This document shows, in pieces, positions 37,556-46,546 of a DNA stretch of 60,237 nucleotides. The notes below the pieces were generated by a model. It had not been told where the DNA came from and did not search any database. It was given only the letters and a program-made list of their open reading frames with translations. The number at the start of each line of letters is the position of its first letter. The stretch's first letter is position 1. Both the position numbers and the translations under genes were made by a program. The DNA lies in contig JBBRAE010000018.1 of assembly GCA_038207085.1 (NCBI GenBank), positions 1 to 60,237 of the forward strand, written 5' to 3'. This DNA is from Armatimonadota bacterium (lineage in GTDB: Bacteria > Armatimonadota > UBA5829 > DTLH01).

Positions 37556-39199
37556 ATGATGCGATATATAACTAAGCTGTCTGTTCTTCTCCTCATATTG
37601 TTGAGTTGCTCGTCTGTAATGGCGGGCCCCCGGTATGTGCGACTTGTAGTCGGCACGCGTGAACTCGCGCTTTCCCCGAGAGCCATTCTCGATGACGATA
37701 CAGTGTACGCCCCAACCGACGTTCTAAAGGAACTCGGGGCAAACTTCGTCGAAGGCAAGCGTAAGGTCAGCGTCCTGCAAGGAGAAGACACGCAGGAAAT
37801 CGATCTGAAAAGCCAAAACGGCGTCCCGATGGTCAACATGGACGACGTGGCGAAGACTCTTGACGTAGAACGAGTGTGGGACGAGCAGACCTCGACGCTC
37901 AGACTACTTGGCAAGCTTGTCTCGGTCGAGTATGACAATGGAACTCTTACCGCAAGAGTGACAGCCCCCACTGTCGTCACCTCGATGAGGCTTTGGAAGC
38001 AGCCCTGGCGGCTTTCGATCGACCTCGCGGGCGCAAAAGTCGCGACCGAAACGCGGGCGCAGAACGTCGGCGGCTCGGACATCTCCCAGGTCAGGGTCGG
38101 CCAGTTCGAAGACACGACCGCCCGGATAGTGATCGACCTTGCGGGCAAGCGGCCTTATACGCTTGTCACCAAAGGGGCGAGCCGCGAGATCAAGCTTAAA
38201 ATAGGAAGTGTACCCAAGTCGACTGCCGTTCGGCCGGCGACCGAAGCGAAACCCGCGACGGACACCGACACCACGCCTGCTGAGAAGGCCGATCCGATCA
38301 AGATCACCGCGATCACACCGGAGCCTGATGGCGACGGCAAGATGTGCGTGCGGGTAAAGACCTCGGGACGGCCAGCGATCAACACGCTTACGCTGAACTC
38401 TCCTCCGCGGGTTGCGGTGGATTTCAAAAACTCGGTCTGTGAACTCTCTGAAACTGAGATCACGGTGGATCACGCGCTTGCTAAGTCGATCAGATACGGC
38501 AAATACGGCGACGGCATAAGGCTGGTTATAGAATCGGTCGGAAGCCCCGTCTTTTATGCTGAACCGGACGGCGACGATATCGTCCTGAGGCTCCGGCAGC
38601 CCAGATCTTCCGGCGGCAAGCTCTCGGACAAGACGGTCGTCATCGACGCAGGTCACGGCGGAAACGACCCAGGAGCACGCGGAGGCGACACACGCGAGAA
38701 GACAGTCAACCTCGCCCTCGCCCACGCCGTTCGCTCCGCGCTTGAAGCGGCAGGGGTCAGGGTGGTTATGACGCGAGAGAACGACACGTTTGTGCAGCTC
38801 AAAGATCGCCCGGCGGTCGCCGACCAGAACTCAGCGGATTTCTTTGTAAGTATCCACTGTAACGCGATCATACCAGAGCGCTTGACCGGCACGGAGACCT
38901 ATTATCACGGTGGCGCCGAGACGAGCCGCGCGCTTGCCTCGGCGATCCAGGGTCAGGTCATTCGTCGCACTGGGATGAAGGACAAGGGCGTCAAGAAAGA
39001 TACTATACGGTTCCAGTCCGGCTTTGCTGTGCTCAGGAACGCTAATGTGCCCGCGGTTTTGATCGAAGCGGGCTTTATAGACTGCACAGCGGACCGCACC
39101 AAGCTCTGCGATGACTCGTGGCGCGGAAAGTTCGCGCGCGGAGTGGTTGACGGTTTGCGACTATATGTCGAAGGTACAATAGGGGCAGAGGATAATTGA
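37556..39199 (+). CDS. N-acetylmuramoyl-L-alanine amidase with AMIN domains
   Basis: Signal peptide, PWRLSIDL and PPRVAVDF AMIN repeats, VVIDAGHGG.DPGA, FVSIHCN and PAVLIEAGF. Confidence 0.92.
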   Translation: MMRYITKLSVLLLILLSCSSVMAGPRYVRLVVGTRELALSPRAILDDDTVYAPTDVLKELGANFVEGKRKVSVLQGEDTQEIDLKSQNGVPMVNMDDVAKTLDVERVWDEQTSTLRLLGKLVSVEYDNGTLTARVTAPTVVTSMRLWKQPWRLSIDLAGAKVATETRAQNVGGSDISQVRVGQFEDTTARIVIDLAGKRPYTLVTKGASREIKLKIGSVPKSTAVRPATEAKPATDTDTTPAEKADPIKITAITPEPDGDGKMCVRVKTSGRPAINTLTLNSPPRVAVDFKNSVCELSETEITVDHALAKSIRYGKYGDGIRLVIESVGSPVFYAEPDGDDIVLRLRQPRSSGGKLSDKTVVIDAGHGGNDPGARGGDTREKTVNLALAHAVRSALEAAGVRVVMTRENDTFVQLKDRPAVADQNSADFFVSIHCNAIIPERLTGTETYYHGGAETSRALASAIQGQVIRRTGMKDKGVKKDTIRFQSGFAVLRNANVPAVLIEAGFIDCTADRTKLCDDSWRGKFARGVVDGLRLYVEGTIGAEDN

Positions 39200-39819
39200 C
39201 GATGGTTAAGAGAAGATCGTCACGCAAGAAACAAACGTTTGGTGGGTTCTTTTCCGTCGTCCTGATGCTCGTCGGAGCTGCAGGGTTCGGCTACTGGTGG
39301 ACCACAAACAGGTGGGCCCCGATAGAGACGCAGGCGGAGAAGCCGACTGCGCCGGTCAGCAGCCAGAACAGAGTAGCCATTCACGGCCGAAAAGACTTTA
39401 AAATATACGTGCTCAACGTGAAGAACGATGAGCCGCGCCTGGTCGCTGAGACTCACAGGGTGCCGCAGGGGGATGACCCCAAGACCGGCGCACTGGAGAC
39501 TCTGATTGCGACCAACCGCGAAAGCGGGGACAGGCACTATCTGATACCGGCAGGCACGAAGCTTGTCGGCTTACACGTCAAGGACGGCGTAGCTTATGTG
39601 GATTTCAGCCGTGAGATCAGGGACAACTTCCTTGGCGGGTCGACAAACGAGGCGCTTCTAGTAAACTCGATCGTCCACACCATGACGCAGTTCAAAGACG
39701 TCGACAAGGTGCAGATACTCGTCGAGGGCAAGAGGATCGAATCGCTTGGCGGACACCTCGATATCTCCCAACCTATCAGCGGCGACGCCACAATGCTTGG
39801 TGAAGGAGATTCTGAGTGA
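39196..39819 (+). CDS. GerMN domain membrane protein
   Basis: N-terminal TM, IPAGTKL, AYVDFS, GGSTNE, IVHTMTQF..V.KVQILVEG and LGGHLDIS. Confidence 0.88.
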   Translation: MTMVKRRSSRKKQTFGGFFSVVLMLVGAAGFGYWWTTNRWAPIETQAEKPTAPVSSQNRVAIHGRKDFKIYVLNVKNDEPRLVAETHRVPQGDDPKTGALETLIATNRESGDRHYLIPAGTKLVGLHVKDGVAYVDFSREIRDNFLGGSTNEALLVNSIVHTMTQFKDVDKVQILVEGKRIESLGGHLDISQPISGDATMLGEGDSE

Positions 39820-40652
39820 CAGGCCCCATAGGTGTTTTCGATTCGGGCCTCGGTGGCCTCACCGTGGCCGGCGAGCTTATGCGCCGACTGCCGAACGAAA
39901 AGATTGTATATTTTGCCGATTCCGCACACGTCCCCTACGGGGAGCGTCCCCTGCATGAGATAGAAGAGTTCGCGCTTGGGATCACTCAGTTCCTGCTCGG
40001 CTGCGGCGCCAAAGTGGTGATTATGGCGTGCAATATGTCGAGTGCGGTCGCCCTTGACGCGGCGCGCGCGGCGTTTCCCCAGGTTCCAATCCTAGGTATG
40101 ATCGAGCCTGGCTCGCGGGCCGCTGTCTCAAACGGAGGCAGTGTGGTCGGAGTGCTCGCGACGACCGGAACGGTTAAGAGCGGGGCGTACTCGCGAACAA
40201 TCCTCGCGCTCGACCCGAGAATCAAGGTAATCGAGCAGCCGTGCCCGGCATTTGTGCCGCTGGTCGAATCCGGGATGACCGATAGCGAAGAGGCCGAGAT
40301 CGCCGCCCGGAGCTGCGTGGGGCCGCTGATATCCGGTGGCGCGGACACCCTCGTCCTTGGATGCACGCACTACCCGTTTCTGCGGCCGATGATCGAGCGC
40401 GCGGCTCCGGAGGCCACAATCGTCGATCCCGCGGAGGAAACCGTGCGGGCTCTAGCTAAGATTCTTAAAGACACCTCCGCCGAAGCAAGCGAGAACAAAC
40501 CCGGCGAGCACAGGTTTTTCACAAGCGGCGACGCCGAAGGCTTCGCCCGACTCGGAAGCAGACTCCTCGGACGCGAGATCCCACGCGTAGAACACGCCCA
40601 GTGGGGCAGGGATCTCAGTCTGCCGGAGCAGATGCGAACAAATAAAGGATAG
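39816..40652 (+). CDS. murI: Glutamate racemase
   Basis: IGVFDSGLGGLTV, PYGE, ACN and LGCTHYP. Confidence 0.95.
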   Translation: MTGPIGVFDSGLGGLTVAGELMRRLPNEKIVYFADSAHVPYGERPLHEIEEFALGITQFLLGCGAKVVIMACNMSSAVALDAARAAFPQVPILGMIEPGSRAAVSNGGSVVGVLATTGTVKSGAYSRTILALDPRIKVIEQPCPAFVPLVESGMTDSEEAEIAARSCVGPLISGGADTLVLGCTHYPFLRPMIERAAPEATIVDPAEETVRALAKILKDTSAEASENKPGEHRFFTSGDAEGFARLGSRLLGREIPRVEHAQWGRDLSLPEQMRTNKG

Positions 40653-40675
40653 TATTAGGGGTTAGGGGCTGGAAA

Positions 40676-40702
40676 GGCCCGGATTGCAAATCCGGCCCAA
40701 CG
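40676..40702. repeat. Single family B REP
   Basis: ggcccggattgcaaatccggcccaacg. Confidence 0.7.
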
Positions 40703-40761
40703 ATAGGCTGGGTCAGACCAACCCCCAGTTCCTGACACCCACTAGAAAGGTAGAACATTTA

Positions 40762-41487
40762 ATGATTCGACTCGACGGTCGCGCGATCGATCAACTTCGT
40801 CCTGTCAAGATCACCCGGGATTTCATCAAGTATGCCGAAGGCTCGTGCCTGATAGAGGTCGGTGAGACCAAGGTTATCTGCACTGCTTCGATTGAAGAGA
40901 AAGTCCCTCCGTTCCTGAAAAACAGCGGCACCGGCTGGGTTACGGCTGAGTATGGGATGCTCCCTCGCTCCTGCCACAGCAGGACCCCCCGCGAGGCGTC
41001 AAAGGGTGGAGCAAGCGGCAGGACTCAGGAGATTCAGAGGCTTGTGGGTCGCTCGATCAGAAGCGTAGTCGACCTTCCCGCGCTTGGCGAGCGGACGATA
41101 TGGCTCGACTGCGACGTGATCCAGGCCGACGGCGGCACCAGGACGGCCTCTGTCACCGGCGCGTTTGTCGCCTTCGTTCAGGCCGCCAACGTGCTCAAAA
41201 AAGAGGGCGTTCTAAAGAAGATTCCGATCTCCGACGTGCTTGCGGCGATCAGCGTCGGCGTCGTGCAGAACGACGAGATACTCGACCTCTCATACGCAGA
41301 GGACTCGAGCGCATCAGTCGATATGAATGTTATCATGACCAGCGCAGGCCGCTTCGTTGAGGTTCAGGGAACCGCGGAAGGTATGCCGTTTTCTCGCAAC
41401 CGACTGAACAAGCTCCTCGACCTCGCCGACAAGGGCGTATCTGAGCTGATCGTCAAGGTAAGAGAAACCCTCTCAGGTATCCTGTGA
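40762..41487 (+). CDS. rph: Ribonuclease PH
   Basis: [20 protein letters not shown] and [15 protein letters not shown]. Confidence 0.97.
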   Translation: MIRLDGRAIDQLRPVKITRDFIKYAEGSCLIEVGETKVICTASIEEKVPPFLKNSGTGWVTAEYGMLPRSCHSRTPREASKGGASGRTQEIQRLVGRSIRSVVDLPALGERTIWLDCDVIQADGGTRTASVTGAFVAFVQAANVLKKEGVLKKIPISDVLAAISVGVVQNDEILDLSYAEDSSASVDMNVIMTSAGRFVEVQGTAEGMPFSRNRLNKLLDLADKGVSELIVKVRETLSGIL

Positions 41488-42059
41488 AGCGCCTGGTTAT
41501 CGCGACAACAAATGCTGGCAAGGCCCGGGAGATCAAAGAGATCCTCTCGGGTCTGCCTTTTGAGCTTGTGACGCTCGGGGACTTCCCCCCGATGCCCGAG
41601 CCGGACGAAAACGCCGACACCTTCGCCGGAAACGCCGAGATCAAGGCACTCGCCGCAGCCGAGCACACGGGCGAGCTTGCGATCGCGGACGACTCGGGGC
41701 TGGTAGTCGACGCGCTCGACGGCGCACCCGGCGTCTACTCCAGCCGATTTGCCCCAACCGACCCCGAACGCGTCGCAAAACTCCTTGACGTGATGCGCGA
41801 GGTTCCCGACGAGCGCCGCACCGCGCGGTTTGTCGCGGTGGCGGCGATTGCGGAGCCGGGGCGAGTTCTTGGGACGGCTGAGGGACGCGTTGAGGGGAGA
41901 ATCATCCACGAGCCTCGGGGCGACAACGGTTTTGGCTACGACCCCATCTTTCTACCCGACGGGTTTGAGCTTACTATGGCGGAGCTTGATTCGGAGACCA
42001 AGAACGGCATCAGCCACAGGGGACGGGCGCTTGAAGCGGCTAAGGGGCTGCTGAAGTAG
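41484..42059 (+). CDS. rdgB: Non-canonical purine NTP pyrophosphatase (RdgB/HAM1)
   Basis: [26 protein letters not shown] and SHRGRA. Confidence 0.95.
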   Translation: MKRLVIATTNAGKAREIKEILSGLPFELVTLGDFPPMPEPDENADTFAGNAEIKALAAAEHTGELAIADDSGLVVDALDGAPGVYSSRFAPTDPERVAKLLDVMREVPDERRTARFVAVAAIAEPGRVLGTAEGRVEGRIIHEPRGDNGFGYDPIFLPDGFELTMAELDSETKNGISHRGRALEAAKGLLK

Positions 42060-42277
42060 TTTTCTGGGGACTCTTGGAACAGTCTCGGCACACAGCGAGC
42101 TCTTTTTTGATGCTTCGGCCCTCGGTTTGTTGGGCCGAAGCTCAAAACGACAGCACTCTCGACAGAGAGTGCGATAGCCGCCGGGTGCAATGTACGCCCC
42201 TCTGTTTGTTGAAGCGCGACAGTTTTCGAGCGATAGATATACGCTACGGTGATAGCGGCCACTCTCGCCGATAATGA

Positions 42278-42727
42278 CTACACCTCCGGTGCGGCGCGCT
42301 CTTCCAACTCTTCAGCGAGCTTTGCCAGCACGTCATCGGTCAGACCGGCGTTTAGTTCTTCCCACTTGGCCTTGCTCCAGATTTCGATCTTGTCTGAGAG
42401 GCCGATCACCCAGATGTCGGAGTCGCCGGTGATTCCGGCGTGGGTCATGAGGTGCGAGGGGATTGCGACTCGGCCCTGTCTGTCCGGAACGCACTCGACG
42501 GCTGACCCAAGAAAGAACCGCTCGAGCATGATGCCCCGGGAGTCGAGGAACGATTTGGGGGTGAGCTTCTTTTGGACACTCGGCCAGGCGGCCTCGGAGA
42601 ATATCCACAAACATCCGTTCAAGCCCTTGGTGAGGATGAATTTCTCCCCAAGCTTGGCCCGGAATTTCGCCGGGACAACCGTGCGGCCCTTGCTATCTAC
42701 AGAATGTTCGTAAGCTCCAGAAAACAT
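42278..42727 (-). CDS. mraZ: Transcriptional regulator MraZ
   Basis: MFSGAYEHSVDSKGR, second repeat DRQGRVAIP, and KIEIW. Confidence 0.93.
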   Translation of the reverse strand: MFSGAYEHSVDSKGRTVVPAKFRAKLGEKFILTKGLNGCLWIFSEAAWPSVQKKLTPKSFLDSRGIMLERFFLGSAVECVPDRQGRVAIPSHLMTHAGITGDSDIWVIGLSDKIEIWSKAKWEELNAGLTDDVLAKLAEELEERAAPEV

Positions 42728-42840
42728 TAGGCTTTCCGATGTCGAATCAGGTGAAAATCAATTCTGACCAGTGTGACGACAATGCCGGCGGAGCTTGAAA
42801 CAGCCCCTGCCGGCGTTAATGACTTCTAATTCTTGTTCTT

Positions 42841-42994
42841 GGGCGATCTGATCGTGTGCGATGTGTATCGCGCACGCAAAGAAGAACAAGGGAGCTTAGC
42901 TCCCGATGAGTCGGCTACAGTCGATTTCCCGGACTTAAGTCCTTGTTGTTCTTTGCGTTCGGGAGCAATCTCCCGAACGATCGGCAGCAGCCCG
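42841..42994. repeat. Multi-hairpin palindromic element (REPIN-like or structured RNA) between the hypothetical gene and mraZ
   Basis: Long stem ACGCAAAGAAGAACAAGG / CCTTGTTGTTCTTTGCGT with nested hairpins GGGAGCTTAGCTCCC, GGACTTAAGTCC and TCGGGAGCAATCTCCCGA. Confidence 0.6.
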
Positions 42995-43615
42995 TTAAGC
43001 TTCTGCCCTCACTCCCACTTTGAATCGCAGGTTGCTGGCCCGTCCGCGCGAACGGGTCAGCTCTGAATTCTCCAGCGTGCCGAAATCGTGTCGGTCGGCG
43101 GAGAGCAGCGAGCGGACATAATCCTTGTTGGTGCGCACTACCCGGCTTGCGGTACAGGTGGCGCAGTAGGCCCGGGAGGCAAGCGCCTTGCCGTCGGCGT
43201 CAGAGAGCGTCACCACTGTGTCAGGGAACGGCTCAAGCCGCCCGCAGATGTTGCAACGGGACACCGACATCAATTTGCTTCCGGTGTCGACGCAGAGCTC
43301 TTTGACGATCCGGTAGATGATATCGTCAAACGAACGCTGGGTAATGACGAAGGGATAGGTGCTTTTCAGGGCACTCTCAAGCTCGTCAAGCACGGAAGGA
43401 TCGGAGTCGGAGGTCTGCACGGCATAGCTGACGAGCCTGCCCTTGGACAGCTGCTTGACGGTGATGTGTCCCTGCAGCTCACTAAAGAGCTTCTTGAGCG
43501 AACTCGCTTCCTCGTCGTTTGATACCTCGACGAGATAAACAGCGACAGTCCCGCTCGGTTTCGGGTCTACCGTGATCTGGCTGATTGAACTATCATCCGT
43601 CCTGAAATTGGGCAT
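42995..43615 (-). CDS. Hypothetical protein with CxxC...CxxC zinc-binding motif
   Basis: GGAGG RBS, coding-like composition, CNICG and YCATC. Confidence 0.75.
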   Translation of the reverse strand: MPNFRTDDSSISQITVDPKPSGTVAVYLVEVSNDEEASSLKKLFSELQGHITVKQLSKGRLVSYAVQTSDSDPSVLDELESALKSTYPFVITQRSFDDIIYRIVKELCVDTGSKLMSVSRCNICGRLEPFPDTVVTLSDADGKALASRAYCATCTASRVVRTNKDYVRSLLSADRHDFGTLENSELTRSRGRASNLRFKVGVRAEA

Positions 43616-43639
43616 TTCCCAGTCCTCCGTGGATAAAAT

Positions 43640-43707
43640 CTACCCCGGCCTACCACCGGCTACCACTCTCTACCACAAATTATATCCCAGGCTCGGGCCC
43701 TAGTCAA
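43640..43707 (-). promoter_or_regulatory. Sigma70 promoter followed by four MraZ-type boxes
   Basis: TTGACT-17 bp-TATAAT (43707..43679), then GTGGTAG, GTGGTAG, GTGGTAG and GGGGTAG at exact 10-bp period. Confidence 0.8.
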
Positions 43708-43921
43708 CGGGAGGAATTTCTTTTAGTGGGGTGTTTTTACCCATGTATGCGGCGTGGCTGTGGATTACTTTATGTAACAGAGGGGGTTTAGCGGCTCAAA
43801 TGGGTGGTGGTCTGGCATTTGTTGGCTGATGGAGTCCGCGGAACGGGGTCGCGGGACGGATTCCCACGACCAACGGCGACCAACAGAGCCGATTTGGTGG
43901 TAGAAAGTGGGGGATCCCCTG

Positions 43922-44176
43922 CTACTGGGACTTGCCCGGGGCTATCAAGCCCAGAGTGGAGGCCTTCAGCATCGCCTGCACACGGTTGGACACGTCGAGC
44001 TTGTCGTAGATGCGGTTGATGTGGAAGTCGACGGTCCGCTTGCTACAGACCAGTTCGTCGGCGACCTCCTTGGAGGACTTGCCCTCAAGGACAAGCTGCA
44101 ACACTTCGATTTCCCGCCGCGTAAGCTTTACAGGGTCGACATTCTTAGTGTCGGGACGAGGTGAATTGACCGCCAT
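43922..44176 (-). CDS. Stand-alone LuxR/GerE-type HTH regulator
   Basis: LTRREIEVLQLVLEGKSSKEVADELVCSKRTVDFHINRIYDKLDVSNRVQA. Confidence 0.9.
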   Translation of the reverse strand: MAVNSPRPDTKNVDPVKLTRREIEVLQLVLEGKSSKEVADELVCSKRTVDFHINRIYDKLDVSNRVQAMLKASTLGLIAPGKSQ

Positions 44177-44513
44177 TTCAAGCCTTCCTTCCATCTTGCC
44201 ATCCATGGCCGCAATCAACCGGACGCAAATATCCCCAGTGGCGCTAGCGCCACCTCGGATGAGCGTGATCGCACCTGCCACAGAGCAAGAAAAGGCTGCG
44301 CTGCCTGCCGACGGACGCAAAGCGCCGCCCTTGCGGGTAGTGGTTTCTTCCATTCCCGAACGGGCCAGTCGAATCGAGGAACGGCTCTGCCGCCTGGGCG
44401 ATGCGACAGCCCCCGCTTTCCGCGGAGGACTTCCGTGTTTGTTTGACCGAAGACAGGGCAGAAAAGGGGACCCTCCGTGGAATCCCTGTTAAAAGCCCAT
44501 CAATTACACCGTA

Positions 44514-44542
44514 ATTATAACGGGCAGGCATAAACGTGTCAA
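44514..44542 (-). promoter_or_regulatory. Perfect-consensus sigma70 promoter ~330 nt upstream of the LuxR gene
   Basis: TTGACA-17 bp-TATAAT on the minus strand. Confidence 0.8.
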
Positions 44543-44614
44543 CGGAAAAGTCGTTGATTCTAGCGGTGCCAAAGTTATGGGCGGAGAAGACTGCGGCGAT
44601 GAATGGCGCAAAAG

Positions 44615-44643
44615 TTGACGCACCACTCCCCTAGCCCTATAAT
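44615..44643 (+). promoter_or_regulatory. Sigma70 promoter of the sugar ABC ATPase
   Basis: TTGACG-17 bp-TATAAT. Confidence 0.75.
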
Positions 44644-44775
44644 ATTGATAAGGCTGATGGGAGCAATCTCATCGGTTGCGGCTATATTTGCCGCCCCAGT
44701 CCCGGGGAAATTATTTTATGTAGCGGCTCCGGCAATATTGGGACAAGCCCGGACCGGTGGAGGTACCTTAACCTA

Positions 44776-45891
44776 ATGGCTGAAGTAATACTTAAAGACC
44801 TGACAAAGATGTTCAAGAACGTCGTCGCGGTCAGCAATGTCAACCTGGAGATCAAGGACAAAGAGTTCCTGGTACTCGTCGGACCCTCGGGATGCGGTAA
44901 AACTACCGCGCTTCGAATGGTCGCAGGGCTTGAAGAGGCGACCAGCGGGGACATCATGATCGGTGACCGCCTGGTAAACGACGTCTCCCCCAAAGACCGT
45001 GACATCGCGATGGTGTTCCAGAACTATGCGCTTTACCCGCATATGAGCGTCTATGAGAATATGGCGTTCGGGCTTAAGCTGCGAAAAGTCCCGAAGACCG
45101 AGATCAAGCGCAGAGTCGAAGAGGCAGCCGATCTCCTCGGGCTGCACGGACTGCTCGAACGCAAACCGAAAGCTCTTTCGGGAGGACAGCGACAGCGCGT
45201 CGCCCTTGGCCGGGCGATCGTCCGCGAACCCAAGGTCTTCCTTATGGACGAGCCACTCTCGAACCTTGACGCGAAACTCAGAGTCCAGACCCGCGCAGAG
45301 CTGATCAAGCTCCACAGAAGGCTTGGAATCACCACGATCTACGTCACCCACGATCAGGTGGAGGCAATGACCATGGGCGACCGCATCGCGGTTATGAAAG
45401 ACGGCCTCGTGCAGCAGTGCGACACGCCGCTCAAGCTCTACAACTTCCCCACCAACGTCTTCGTGGCAGGGTTTATCGGCAGCCCGTCGATGAACTTTGT
45501 AGACGCTATGCTTGAAGACGGCGACGGGAACTACTGGGTCAAGTCAGACGGCTTCCGAGTGAAGATCCCCAAGGCCAAGAGCGAAAAGCTCGCACAGTAC
45601 GTCGGCAAGACGGTCACGTTTGGTGTGCGTCCTGAGGACATTTTCGACGTAAAGATGAGCCCGGTCTCCGTGACATCGTCAGAAAACACCCTGAAGGCGA
45701 TCGTCGACGTGGTCGAGCCTATGGGCGCAATCGTGACGATCTATCTGACATGCGGCAAGGACAGCATCATCGCTACTATCGACTCCGATTCCCCGATCGC
45801 CCTAAGCCAGCCCGGCGACGAGGTAAGCGTGGTCTTCGACATGCAGAAAGCGCACCTGTTCGACAAAGAAACCGATTTGGCGCTTAACTAG
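44776..45891 (+). CDS. Sugar ABC transporter ATP-binding protein (MalK/MsmX/UgpC family)
   Basis: [41 protein letters not shown] and FVAGFIGSP. Confidence 0.95.
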   Translation: MAEVILKDLTKMFKNVVAVSNVNLEIKDKEFLVLVGPSGCGKTTALRMVAGLEEATSGDIMIGDRLVNDVSPKDRDIAMVFQNYALYPHMSVYENMAFGLKLRKVPKTEIKRRVEEAADLLGLHGLLERKPKALSGGQRQRVALGRAIVREPKVFLMDEPLSNLDAKLRVQTRAELIKLHRRLGITTIYVTHDQVEAMTMGDRIAVMKDGLVQQCDTPLKLYNFPTNVFVAGFIGSPSMNFVDAMLEDGDGNYWVKSDGFRVKIPKAKSEKLAQYVGKTVTFGVRPEDIFDVKMSPVSVTSSENTLKAIVDVVEPMGAIVTIYLTCGKDSIIATIDSDSPIALSQPGDEVSVVFDMQKAHLFDKETDLALN

Positions 45892-45913
45892 CTATCCCGC
45901 TTTATTCGTGAAG
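45892..45913 (+). mobile_element. Truncated CTAG-MITE left end
   Basis: ctatcccgctttattcgtgaag right after the TAG stop, cut off by the 92-bp repeat. Confidence 0.6.
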
Positions 45914-45914
45914 A

Positions 45915-46006
45915 TTGTTGGGTGGCGATTTCCGAATCGCCACCCCAAAGCTAAGACGGGATTTCCGAATCCCGAATGGCGTAATGCATGGCAATTGACC
46001 CACTAG
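45915..46006 (+). repeat. 92-bp inverted repeat, left arm
   Basis: Reverse complement of 48379-48470 with one mismatch; contains GGTGGCGATTTCCGAATCGCCACC and CGGGATTTCCGAATCCCG. Confidence 0.92.
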
Positions 46007-46183
46007 CTATCAGCCGCCGGCTATAAGTCGGCGGCTGATAACACCTTGGCACAGATTAGTCTTTTGTTATACACTAATCGCGATCGGCGACACGCTTTCC
46101 GCTGCTCTTTCTTCAGAGCATGAAGCTCGCCCCAGCATTTCGGCGGAGGAATCCCCATATCCGCTAGACTTGGGAGTAGCTTT

Positions 46184-46546
46184 GTGCTTTATCGTTACCT
46201 AATGTACCTCACCCGATGGCAGCTTTCCACGCCGATTCTAGCCGTGTGCGTAGTCTATTTTGCCCGGTTCGGAAGCGTTGGCTCGACCGTGATCGCAAAC
46301 CTGATCGGTGGGTTGATCTTCTTCTGGGTAGACCGAATTATCTTCACCGCAAAGGTCGGGGAGCCGCTTTGGGCGATCCGCGAGGAGGTTCGGTGCGTCG
46401 ACTGCGGACAGATCGCGCGGGGGTTTCGTCTGGTCGCGGCGCGCAATTACGACAGAACCCGCGACACGCGCCCTGAGTTTCGCTGCGAAGGGTGCTCCAA
46501 ATCCAAACTTATTGACCTACGGGGACGAGGGATTGTGCTGGAATGA
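46184..46546 (+). CDS. Small membrane protein with C-terminal CxxC...CxxC zinc ribbon
   Basis: YLTRWQLSTPILA, ANLIGGLIFFWVDR, CVDCG and CEGC; ATGA-coupled to the next gene. Confidence 0.75.
   Translation: MLYRYLMYLTRWQLSTPILAVCVVYFARFGSVGSTVIANLIGGLIFFWVDRIIFTAKVGEPLWAIREEVRCVDCGQIARGFRLVAARNYDRTRDTRPEFRCEGCSKSKLIDLRGRGIVLE

Noticed and set aside
42103..42148. Rho-independent terminator between rdgB and mraZ
   Set aside because: The hairpin is real, but the T and A runs are part of the stem and no U-tract follows on either strand.
39196..44176. Sporulation genes (GerMN, GerE-like)
   Set aside because: Both domains occur widely in non-sporulating bacteria, and amidase-GerMN-murI-rph-rdgB is an ordinary conserved cluster.
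44300..44350. GGACGCAAAGC on the plus strand, as in c-di-GMP-I riboswitches
   Set aside because: The upstream GGCAAA and GAAA-capped P2 stem are missing, and the orientation is opposite to the strong promoter.
44177..44507. RNase P RNA, tmRNA or 6S identity for the long leader
   Set aside because: GGAAGTCC only loosely resembles GAGGAAAGUCC. The 3' RNase P consensus, the tRNA-like ends and the long 6S rod are not evident.
46081..46183. SAM-I riboswitch before the yitJ cassette
   Set aside because: No ATC.AGA / GAGGGA..GGCCC / GCAACC / GTGC core is present.
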